From positions 1 through 24,591 of the forward strand of contig JBHLOI010000046.1 in assembly GCA_048940645.1 (NCBI GenBank): a stretch of DNA of 24,591 bases, given 5' to 3'. Below the pieces are notes generated by a model. That model was not told where the DNA came from, did no database searches, and saw nothing but the letters and a program-made list of their open reading frames with translations. A program made the translations under genes and the position numbers. The stretch comes from Promethearchaeota archaeon (GTDB lineage: Archaea; Asgardarchaeota; Lokiarchaeia; Sigyniarchaeales; SOKP01). The stretch's first letter is position 1. Each line of letters opens with the position of its first letter. Below are positions 16,735-24,591 of this stretch, piece after piece.

Positions 16735-17868
16735 TTATAACCCCATAATTTCAATAAATTTATCAAATAAATAGAGAGAATCTAAAGGTCCTGGTGAAGC
16801 TTCTGGATGGAATTGGACTGCAAATATAGGTTTATCTTCAGAAATTAAACCTTCATTCGAATTATCATCGATATTCTCAAGAAATTCGTTAAAACCCCCT
16901 TTTTCAAAATCTCTAATACAAAACCCATGATTTTGTGAAGTTATATAACATTGTTTTGTATTAGGATTAATAACGGTTTTATTACCACCCCGATGTCCAT
17001 ATTTTAGTTTATAAGAAGATCCACCTGCAGCTAAACCAATAATCTGATTACCTAGGCATATACCCATTGTGGGAATTGCATTTTTAATGAGTTTTTTAGC
17101 GACTTCAATCGCATTTCTATATATGGCTGGATCTCCGGGACCATTTGAAACTAATACTCCATCTGGGTTAAATTCCATAATATTCTCATAGGAATAGTTA
17201 TATGGAACTAGAATTACATTTATTCTCCTTTTTACAAGATTTCTGAGGATATTATTTTTTACACCTAAATCTAATACCACAACTTTTCCTTTAGGATTAG
17301 ATGGAGTAAAATATTTTATTTCTTTCGTTGAAACTTCACTTGTTAAGTGCCTAAGGTTAGGATCTTTTACTTTTTTAACTTCTTCTTTTAATTCTTCAAT
17401 ATTTGGAATTTCACCTGGATTAAAAACAGCAAGTAAACCAACTTGTACTCCCTCTTCTCTTAAAATTTTAGTAATTGCTCTTGTATCAACCCTTTCTATT
17501 CCAGGAATATCTTCTTCCAGAAGAAATTCATTAAGAGTTTTAATACTTTCATAATGACTTGGATTTTTACAACATTCATTTACTACAAAACCACTTACTT
17601 TAATTGAATCTGACTCAAAATATTTATGAATATTATATATATCTTTTTCCCAAGCAGGAACTCCATAATTACCAACTAAAGGGTGTGTCATTACAACTAT
17701 TTGACCCTTGTATGATGGATCTGTAAGAGTTTCATTATAACCAGCTCCCGTAATTGTAGTAAAAACAATTTCTCCTCCTATTTTTTTTGTTGCTCCAAAG
17801 CTGACACCTTCAAAATACCGCCCATCTTGAAGCATCAAAATTGCTAGTCTTTCTTTTCTATAAAGCAT
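16735..17868 (-). CDS. carA: Carbamoyl-phosphate synthase small (glutaminase) subunit
   Basis: GYNETLTDPSYKGQI, SNGPGDP, catalytic GICLGNQ, TSQNHGF, QFHPEASPGP; 2 nt upstream of carB. Confidence 0.98.
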   Translation of the reverse strand: MLYRKERLAILMLQDGRYFEGVSFGATKKIGGEIVFTTITGAGYNETLTDPSYKGQIVVMTHPLVGNYGVPAWEKDIYNIHKYFESDSIKVSGFVVNECCKNPSHYESIKTLNEFLLEEDIPGIERVDTRAITKILREEGVQVGLLAVFNPGEIPNIEELKEEVKKVKDPNLRHLTSEVSTKEIKYFTPSNPKGKVVVLDLGVKNNILRNLVKRRINVILVPYNYSYENIMEFNPDGVLVSNGPGDPAIYRNAIEVAKKLIKNAIPTMGICLGNQIIGLAAGGSSYKLKYGHRGGNKTVINPNTKQCYITSQNHGFCIRDFEKGGFNEFLENIDDNSNEGLISEDKPIFAVQFHPEASPGPLDSLYLFDKFIEIMGL

Positions 17869-17941
17869 TGACTCTTTTGTAAGGTTTTTCTTTATTCACT
17901 TTAAAATAAAGATAGCTAATCCTTTTTTTTAAGATTATTTA

Positions 17942-17953
17942 TTAACTAGTTAA
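17942..17953. promoter_or_regulatory. 12-bp palindrome upstream of carA, possible operator
   Basis: TTAACTAGTTAA is self-complementary and lies about 75 nt upstream of the carA ATG. AT-rich context, so it may be chance. Confidence 0.25.
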
Positions 17954-18113
17954 ATAAAGTGTATTATAGATAGGGCTATTTTATAATTTGATGTATATTT
18001 GCCATAGTTTTAAAAAATTCATATTTGGTATTTCCTATAGCTTGAATAAGAAAATATGAAAAAATTTTATTAAAATAAAAAAAAAGAGCTAAAGGTTCTA
18101 ATTAATAAAAATC

Positions 18114-18671
18114 CTATCTATTTTTTGACTTAAAAACAATGGCAGGTTTAGTTCTCTGAGAATAAGTGAAGTTGTCGGCATTTTTGATATTTCCATATTT
18201 TGATTTTAACTCTTCTAATAAGCCCGAATCTAACGCTCTTGTGCGACAAGTTTCAATACATACAGGTAACTTGCCTTCTAAACGTCTGTCCAAACAGAAA
18301 TTGCATTTTCGCATTTTTGCTCCTTTTTCAGGGCCAAATTGAGGGGCGTCATAGGGGCATGCTTTTAAACACTTTGAATCACATTCTTCATTACCTAAGC
18401 ATTTATCACTATCTACAAGAACAATTCCATCTTCTTCTCTTTTAGTGATTGCATTCACAGGACATACTGGTATACAAACTGGATCTTCACAATGAAAACA
18501 AGGACTAATAAGATAACTTACAAATACATTAGGAATTTTTCCTTTCTCATTATAAAGAATTCTCATCCATTTTTCTGGACCAGCTGGAATGTCATGCCAA
18601 TCTTTACAAGCTATAACACATGCAGAACATCCAATGCATCTAGTTTGATCAAAATAAAAACCAAATTGCAT
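18114..18671 (-). CDS. dmsB: DmsB-like 4Fe-4S dicluster electron-transfer subunit
   Basis: QFGFYFDQTRCIGCSACVIAC, CFHCEDPVCIPVCP, CLGNEECDSKCLKACPYDAPQF, KCNFC…PVCIETC. ATG 18671 follows GGAGG in the end of the upstream gene. Confidence 0.85.
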   Translation of the reverse strand: MQFGFYFDQTRCIGCSACVIACKDWHDIPAGPEKWMRILYNEKGKIPNVFVSYLISPCFHCEDPVCIPVCPVNAITKREEDGIVLVDSDKCLGNEECDSKCLKACPYDAPQFGPEKGAKMRKCNFCLDRRLEGKLPVCIETCRTRALDSGLLEELKSKYGNIKNADNFTYSQRTKPAIVFKSKNR

Positions 18672-18675
18672 ACTA

Positions 18676-20913
18676 TTAGCCTCCTTTAAATTTTTTAAAT
18701 TCAACTAAACATGAGTTTAAAGCAGATGCACCACCAGGAGAATATGCATCTTTTGTTAAAGTATTAACACATCCACCTCTATCAATACCATTTTCATCCG
18801 GATCGTACCATGATCCTTCAAAAATACTAATTACTCCAGGAATTATTCTTTCTGTTAACCATGCTTTAATTGTGAGTTTTCCTCTATCATTGAATACAAG
18901 TATTTCATCCCCATCTTTTACTCCTCTTGCCTCAGCGTCAATAGGATTAATCCATGCAAGATGATCTTCAACTTCTTTAAGCCATTGAACTAAATATAAT
19001 TCTGAATGAACCCTATTTTTAGGATGTGGTGATATTAACTGTATTGGGTACTTTTCATTTAAGGGATCATATCGCCCTTCCCATCTTTCCATGTATTTAG
19101 GAATTGGAGGATTTTCAGGATCATTTAAATCTGCAATTCTTTGAGAAAAAATCTCAATCTTACCAGAAGGAGTACTGAATGGTTTATTTTCAATATCTTC
19201 AATCTGTTCCTTAAATGCAACATAAGGCTGTTCGAGTTTAAGACGATATATTCCATCCTGCCTAAAACTACTTATATCTCGTATATTTTTTCTGGTATCT
19301 TCTCGTAATTTTATTAAAAATCTTAAAGCTTTTTTCTCATCTGGATACTTTTCAAATTCTTCTAATCCAAGTTTATCCGCTAATTCTTCAGCGATTCTTA
19401 AATCAGATTTACATTCTCCAATAGGATCAATTAATTGGTTCGCACATAGAAAATATGGACCAGAAGGCCAAGGTCTTACTAAGTCACTTTTCTCAGCTAT
19501 GCTAGTAACAGGAAGAATTATATCAGCATATCTTGCTGTTGGTGTAAGCCATAAATCAGCTACGACCATGTAATCAAGTTTTTTCAAGGCTTCTGCAGAT
19601 TTATTAGTGTTTCCCAGTTGGTTTAAAAAGTTATTATTCACAAACCATGCAAATTTGACATCAAAAGGATATCCTCCCTTTTTACCTTTTAATATTGCAT
19701 CAAATATTTTATTTGTATGGCATCTTGACTGAAATCTAAGTTTTAAATCTAAAGAACCTCGAACTGATTTTAATCCTGTTTCAACTGGATTTCTGTAAGG
19801 AGGAGGTATCCTAGAAGCAAAAAACATATGACCATAAGGAATTCCCATTAGCCCCCCTGCTGCACTTCCTCCATGTTTACCTATATTTCCAGTCATTGCA
19901 GTTAAAGTCATAGCACATCTATTATATAATTCTCCTACGGCACTTCGCGCAGGACCTTGGCAATCCATCAATGCAGCAGGTTTGGTTCTAGCATACTCAC
20001 GAGCAAGATTAGTAATTGTTTCTGCCGACACAGAAGTAATTTTCTCTGCCCATTCTGGAGTTTTAGATATTCCATCTTTGCTACCCATAAGATAATCTTT
20101 GAATTTCTCAAATCCCACGGTATATTTATCTAAAAATTCTTGATCATGAAGGTTTTCTTTGATCATAACATAAGCCATAGCAACCATCATCGCTGTATCT
20201 GTACCCGGTATAATCGGGATCCATTGATCTGCTAAAATCACGGCAGAATCACTATATCTTGGATCAATACATATGATTTTTATTCCCTTCTCTTTAGCCT
20301 TAATTAAATTAAATATTGTATCTGTACCAGATATCATTCTTGCTGGATCCCAACCCCACATGATAATCAGTTTAGAATTTAAAAGATCTGTACGACTGTG
20401 TCCAACAAAGGGAGAAGTATACTGAGTCTGTGTCGCATAGACTGCTCCTTCAGAAGACACATTACCATAATGGGTCGAGTATCCCCCAAATTGAGTTAAA
20501 AGCCTAATCATAGCGAACATCCCATCATGATAAGCACCTTGATAACCACCACCCATAGCTAAGAATATACTTGAATTTCCATATTTTTCTTTAACTTCTT
20601 TAAGCTTTTCGGCAATCTCAGTCAACGCATCATCCCACGAAATACGTTTAAACTTACCAAGTCCTTTTGGACTATCTCTCTTTAAAGGATATTTTAAACG
20701 TTCTGGATGATATACATATTGTCTAAAGGCCCTACATCTTAAACAGGTTCTAAGTTGTTCATCTTTTTCTTCATAATCATCTCCTTCCACTCTAATAATC
20801 TTCCCTTCTTTAATATGGACTTTAAGAGGACACCTTCCTCCACAATCGAACGTAGATGTTGTACGGATAATTCTAATATCTTGTTGATTTATATTTTTTT
20901 CTTGATTTTCCAT
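18676..20913 (-). CDS. Molybdopterin oxidoreductase catalytic subunit, DMSO reductase family (DmsA-like), no Tat signal
   Basis: DCGGRCPL…LRTCLRC, YHPERLKYPLKR, RISWDDAL, DPRYSD, PGTDTAM, TPSGKIEI, WINPIDAEARG, NDRG, GCVNTLT. Confidence 0.9.
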   Translation of the reverse strand: MENQEKNINQQDIRIIRTTSTFDCGGRCPLKVHIKEGKIIRVEGDDYEEKDEQLRTCLRCRAFRQYVYHPERLKYPLKRDSPKGLGKFKRISWDDALTEIAEKLKEVKEKYGNSSIFLAMGGGYQGAYHDGMFAMIRLLTQFGGYSTHYGNVSSEGAVYATQTQYTSPFVGHSRTDLLNSKLIIMWGWDPARMISGTDTIFNLIKAKEKGIKIICIDPRYSDSAVILADQWIPIIPGTDTAMMVAMAYVMIKENLHDQEFLDKYTVGFEKFKDYLMGSKDGISKTPEWAEKITSVSAETITNLAREYARTKPAALMDCQGPARSAVGELYNRCAMTLTAMTGNIGKHGGSAAGGLMGIPYGHMFFASRIPPPYRNPVETGLKSVRGSLDLKLRFQSRCHTNKIFDAILKGKKGGYPFDVKFAWFVNNNFLNQLGNTNKSAEALKKLDYMVVADLWLTPTARYADIILPVTSIAEKSDLVRPWPSGPYFLCANQLIDPIGECKSDLRIAEELADKLGLEEFEKYPDEKKALRFLIKLREDTRKNIRDISSFRQDGIYRLKLEQPYVAFKEQIEDIENKPFSTPSGKIEIFSQRIADLNDPENPPIPKYMERWEGRYDPLNEKYPIQLISPHPKNRVHSELYLVQWLKEVEDHLAWINPIDAEARGVKDGDEILVFNDRGKLTIKAWLTERIIPGVISIFEGSWYDPDENGIDRGGCVNTLTKDAYSPGGASALNSCLVEFKKFKGG

Positions 20914-21040
20914 TAAATTATCTCTCTAAACATTAATTTTATTAATAAAAAACTATGGTGTAACCACATCAAAATAATTTAAATTTCTTTTTTATCTTGT
21001 TTTAACTATTGTTTCTGTTAAATTTCATAAATGTTCAAGG

Positions 21041-22072
21041 TTATTTTAGCATCGAATAATTTTTTTGAATTGCTGTTTCTGCTTCTTTCATTATTCTTTC
21101 AATAATCTCTTTAACATCCTCTATACTATCGATAATTCCAATAGATTGTCCAAGTAATACCGCACCAGTTATAGTATCTCCATTATAAACTCTATCATAA
21201 GCTCCTAAATCATGTTCTCTTTGCTCATCAGTTATAGTTTGTTCATATGCTATCATTTCCTCTTTAGAACTTGGCGCTGGATGTGATAACGCATATTGAT
21301 TTTTATATAAACGAATAGGTCCAAATGCTCCTGTGAAAAGTCCTGTATCTTGTGGTGTTCCTGGTGGAATTAATGACTTATACTCTTCATGAAACTCGCT
21401 TTGTTTTGATGCAATAAATCGTGAACCCATGGCTATTGCTCCTGCACCTAAGGAAAGTGCTGCTGCCAATGCATTTCCCGTAGCAAATCCTCCACATGCT
21501 ATTTTGGGTAAATTAGGAAAAGTTTTATTAATTTGTTGCAACAAGACGAGCGTTGTAACTCGTTCATAGGATTGATGACCTCCTCCTTCAGTACCAGTAA
21601 CCACTATCCCATCTACACCAGCATCTACGCATTTCTGTGCAAGCCATACAGCAGGTGCTACATGGAAATGTTTAACTTCCGAATTTTCCCTTAATTCTTG
21701 GAATGATTTAGACATAGGCAGAATTTTCGAAGAGCCTGCAGAAGTTAGCCAATATTTACATTGCTCCCTCATTTTTGGATTACCCATTACAATTTTAGGT
21801 AATTCACTTACCATTTCTTGAACTCCTCGATTATTACGAGATGTAAGAATATTGAGACCGAAGGGTTTATCTGTGTGTTCGATCATATATTCCAAACTTG
21901 AAATATGTTCCTTAACGGGATCTGTTCCCACTATGTTAACATTTGATAAAACTCCTAAACCACCAGCTTCACAAACCGCAAGAGCTAAATCTCGTGTAAA
22001 AAAGGGTCCCATAGGGGCACTAAATATAGGATATTTTATCCCAAACATTTTAGTTATATTTGTTTCTATCAT
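21041..22072 (-). CDS. FMN-dependent nitronate monooxygenase / FabK-like enoyl reductase family protein
   Basis: IKYPIFSAPMG, AVCEAGGLGVL, KPFGLN, GTEGGGH (catalytic His), ACGGFATG…AALSLGAGAIAMGSRF, GQSIGII. ATG 22072 follows an AGGTG RBS. Confidence 0.85.
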   Translation of the reverse strand: MIETNITKMFGIKYPIFSAPMGPFFTRDLALAVCEAGGLGVLSNVNIVGTDPVKEHISSLEYMIEHTDKPFGLNILTSRNNRGVQEMVSELPKIVMGNPKMREQCKYWLTSAGSSKILPMSKSFQELRENSEVKHFHVAPAVWLAQKCVDAGVDGIVVTGTEGGGHQSYERVTTLVLLQQINKTFPNLPKIACGGFATGNALAAALSLGAGAIAMGSRFIASKQSEFHEEYKSLIPPGTPQDTGLFTGAFGPIRLYKNQYALSHPAPSSKEEMIAYEQTITDEQREHDLGAYDRVYNGDTITGAVLLGQSIGIIDSIEDVKEIIERIMKEAETAIQKNYSMLK

Positions 22073-22141
22073 TTTTTTCACCTTTTTAAATTTTTAAAAC
22101 TAAATTTGATTTAAAATATTAAAGAATATTTAAGATTTAGA

Positions 22142-23317
22142 TTAAATCATTTCTACAAATTTACCAGATCTAAATAAATCACAAGGTTTTAAATAAGGTT
22201 TGTTTAATTTTTCAGCAGTTTCATCTAAGAGCTTAGCCAATCGTTTGTAATTCTTAGTAGCATATTCCATTGGTCCTGGAAAATTCATGCCTGCTAATAT
22301 CGCTTCATCGATTTCTTTCCAGCTTGTTACGACTCCTTCTTCTAGGATTCTACATCCTTCATTAGCATTAATCGCGTTAAAAATATCCTGATTAACAAGT
22401 CCTGCCTTTTTAGAGAGATCAGGTTGAGGTCTTCCCTTTGACCAATCATAGAATCCTTGTCCAGTTTTTTTCCCTAAAGTTCCCTTTTCTATTTGTATAG
22501 TTAAAACTTTCCCAGGTTTATAATCTGACGAAAGTTTTTCGCCATAGTAAAGTTGACCATGATAAGATATATCACGCCCTGTAAAATCTGATAACGTTAA
22601 AAAAGACATTGGGCTATTTGGTCCAGTTAGATCTGCATCTACTTGTTCCCAAGGAATACCCTTCTCATAAGCTAAATCAATAATGTAATTAAAATAAATA
22701 CTACGTGGCGAGAGTACACGATTAACAATAAAACCTGGACGATCCTTTAGTACACGAGCAACATATCTTTCTCCTCTCAAGCATGGTAGTGATTTTGAAA
22801 CTTCAACTCCTATATCCATAGATTCATCAGAGCTCTTATCACCCTTGATTACTTCAATGAGACGCATTAATGGAGCTGGATTAAAAAAATGCATTCCTAT
22901 TACATTTTCAGGCTTACTACATTTCTCAGCGATCTCACTAATACTCATTGTAGAAGTGTTCGAAGCAAAAATACAATGATTAGGAGAATTTTCAATAACT
23001 TCTTTACAAAGATTTTGTTTTATATCTAATTTTTCTACAACTGCTTCAATTACTAAATCTGCATCCTTAGTGGCTTCAATGAGATCTTTAGATGTTTTTA
23101 ATTTTGCTAAATAATCTGTTGCACTTGAACCTTCAGGTAACTTGTCTTTTGATTCCATCTTCTCAAATCCAGTTTTTATGTAATCTAAACCTTTTTCAAT
23201 AATTTCTTCACTTATATCAAATGCTGTGACGTTATAACCTGCCATTAAACAAACTTGGGCAATTCCCTTACCCATATCGCCAAAACCAAGCATAACAATA
23301 TGTTTAATATTCACCAT
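22142..23317 (-). CDS. 3-hydroxyacyl-CoA dehydrogenase with duplicated C-terminal dimerisation domain
   Basis: Rossmann GFGDMGKGIA, VIEAVVEKLDIK, ASNTST, GMHFFNPAPLMRLIEV, PGFIVNR, LGKKTGQGFYDW, then a second C-domain NEGCRILEEGV…IDEAILAGMNFPGPM. Confidence 0.92.
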   Translation of the reverse strand: MVNIKHIVMLGFGDMGKGIAQVCLMAGYNVTAFDISEEIIEKGLDYIKTGFEKMESKDKLPEGSSATDYLAKLKTSKDLIEATKDADLVIEAVVEKLDIKQNLCKEVIENSPNHCIFASNTSTMSISEIAEKCSKPENVIGMHFFNPAPLMRLIEVIKGDKSSDESMDIGVEVSKSLPCLRGERYVARVLKDRPGFIVNRVLSPRSIYFNYIIDLAYEKGIPWEQVDADLTGPNSPMSFLTLSDFTGRDISYHGQLYYGEKLSSDYKPGKVLTIQIEKGTLGKKTGQGFYDWSKGRPQPDLSKKAGLVNQDIFNAINANEGCRILEEGVVTSWKEIDEAILAGMNFPGPMEYATKNYKRLAKLLDETAEKLNKPYLKPCDLFRSGKFVEMI

Positions 23318-23503
23318 TTATTTCGACTTCAGTTTTTTTTGTTAATATAAGGTATAAATATACATTACACTTTAATAAGGTTTAACAGAGTCTAATTGAG
23401 GTTGAATTTAGCGGAAATTAAATAGGATATATGCTTAAATTTTTCGTAAATATTAAAAAATTAATAAATAGCTAAATTTCAAAATAGAAGGTGAATATAA
23501 AAA

Positions 23504-24331
23504 ATGTCTATAGAGAGAAAATTAGAACATGTTAATATAGAAAAAGTAGTCGATGGAAATTATGGTGTAATAGAAATAAACCGGCCTGATAAGTTGAATG
23601 CTCTCCAAAATCAAACATTAAGAGAGATTACTGAAGCATTAGAAACTATGGAGGTTGATCAAAGCATCCGATGTGTAGTACTACGTGGAACTAAGAAGTA
23701 TTCAAAGAAACCTGCTTTCTCTGCTGGTGCTGACCTCTCAGATAGAGGAAGTGCTGATCTTGATCCAGATAATTTAAGGCATCAAAGTCATGCAATGTAT
23801 AGAAGACATAAATATTATAATTTAATTGAGGCATTTCCAAAACCAATTATAGCTGCTATTGATGGATACGCTTTAGGTGGAGGATTTGAATTAGTTTTAG
23901 TATGTGATATATCTATTGCTTCTAAACGATCAACATTTGGTTTTCCTGAAATTCAACGAGGTATTTTTCCTGCTAATGGAGGTACTCAAAGACTAATTAG
24001 AAATCTTGGTAAGATGAGAGTAAAGAGGTTGATGTTTTTTGGCGAACATTACACAGCGGAACAAATGTTTGATTGGGGAGTTATTTCATTTGTTGTAGAT
24101 GATGACAAATTTGAAGATTTTGTTAAGGAAAGAGCAACTTGGTTAGGAAATGCCGCCACAAATAGTTTATTTCTAATTAAGAAAAGCATAGATTATGGAA
24201 CTCAAGTACCGTTTAATATAGGGTTACAATTTGAACAGATGGGTTATGCTATAAATTCAAGAAGTAAAGATGTTGCTGAAGGCGTTAATGCTTTTTTAGA
24301 AAAGAGAGCACCAAAATTTCAAGGTAAATAA
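23504..24331 (+). CDS. Enoyl-CoA hydratase/isomerase (crotonase family)
   Basis: INRPDKLNAL, AFSAGADL, PKPIIAAIDGYALGGGFEL, FGFPEIQRGIFPANGGTQRL (both catalytic Glu present), AFLEKRAPKFQGK; AGGTGA RBS upstream. Confidence 0.93.
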   Translation: MSIERKLEHVNIEKVVDGNYGVIEINRPDKLNALQNQTLREITEALETMEVDQSIRCVVLRGTKKYSKKPAFSAGADLSDRGSADLDPDNLRHQSHAMYRRHKYYNLIEAFPKPIIAAIDGYALGGGFELVLVCDISIASKRSTFGFPEIQRGIFPANGGTQRLIRNLGKMRVKRLMFFGEHYTAEQMFDWGVISFVVDDDKFEDFVKERATWLGNAATNSLFLIKKSIDYGTQVPFNIGLQFEQMGYAINSRSKDVAEGVNAFLEKRAPKFQGK

Positions 24332-24381
24332 AGAGAAATTTGACGTATATAGTTTTATTATTTTTATAATTATAAACAAAA

Positions 24382-24418
24382 GTGAAACATTTTGAGTATT
24401 TTGTTTCACAATTTTTTT
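24382..24418 (+). terminator. Stem-loop plus T-run downstream of the crotonase
   Basis: GTGAAACA (24382-24389) / TGTTTCAC (24402-24409) followed by AATTTTTTT. Confidence 0.4.
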
Positions 24419-24591
24419 AATCTTTTTAAAGCAATAGGAATCGAATTTTAATCAAAGAGTACGCATAAAGTTACAAGTCTGATTTCATATTTGAAAGTTA
24501 ATATTAAGAAATTCGGAGTCAGATTATTGTCATCATAAATCGAATGGATGATTTCTGTCCTATAAGCGTTTTATCACAATTCTCAATGAAG

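Noticed and set aside
18200-18689. Two plus-strand ORFs (81 and 65 aa)
   Set aside because: Antisense to the DmsB-like gene.
18672-18704. ORF-track N-terminal extension of the DmsB-like gene overlapping the catalytic subunit
   Set aside because: ATG 18671 has a GGAGG RBS and matches the usual DmsB start (MQFGFYFD).
21852-22097. 81-aa plus-strand ORF
   Set aside because: Antisense to the FabK/NMO-family gene.
24420-24591. Short open frames at the right edge (plus strand MDDFCPISVLSQFSMK from 24544; minus-strand fragments)
   Set aside because: Too short, with no motif or clear RBS; coding status cannot be decided.
1-24591. CRISPR arrays, tRNA/rRNA genes, transposases or integrases
   Set aside because: No regularly spaced direct repeats, GC-rich structured RNA islands or recombinase motifs were seen by eye.

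Overview
AT-rich archaeal window, most likely from an Asgard archaeon (Lokiarchaeia-like). This is inferred from two stand-alone Rab-like small GTPases, an AbrB-PhoU regulator, GGTGA/GGAGG-type ribosome-binding sites, a eukaryote-type CarB and beta-oxidation genes. Most genes are on the minus strand. From left to right: fused Fe-S L-serine dehydratase (apparently starting at a non-canonical ATA), heterodimeric ABC exporter pair, Rab-like GTPase, transglutaminase-like Cys-His-Asp protein, short PhoU-like remnant overlapping an inverted repeat, second Rab-like GTPase, UvrD/PcrA helicase, CoiA-like PD-(D/E)XK nuclease, class I methyltransferase, AbrB-PhoU (+), stand-alone Lrp/AsnC ligand-binding domain, carB/carA, a cytoplasmic DmsAB-like molybdoenzyme pair, FabK/nitronate-monooxygenase-family flavoenzyme, 3-hydroxyacyl-CoA dehydrogenase and a divergent enoyl-CoA hydratase (+). 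No CRISPR array, tRNA, rRNA or transposase was seen. The best lead is the UvrD helicase: it ends in a Lys-rich tail with an FxxA motif (FTSAYDL) resembling RadA/RAD51-binding motifs and sits beside a CoiA-like nuclease, suggesting an Srs2-like anti-recombinase or recombination module. All family assignments come from motif recognition, not from database searches.
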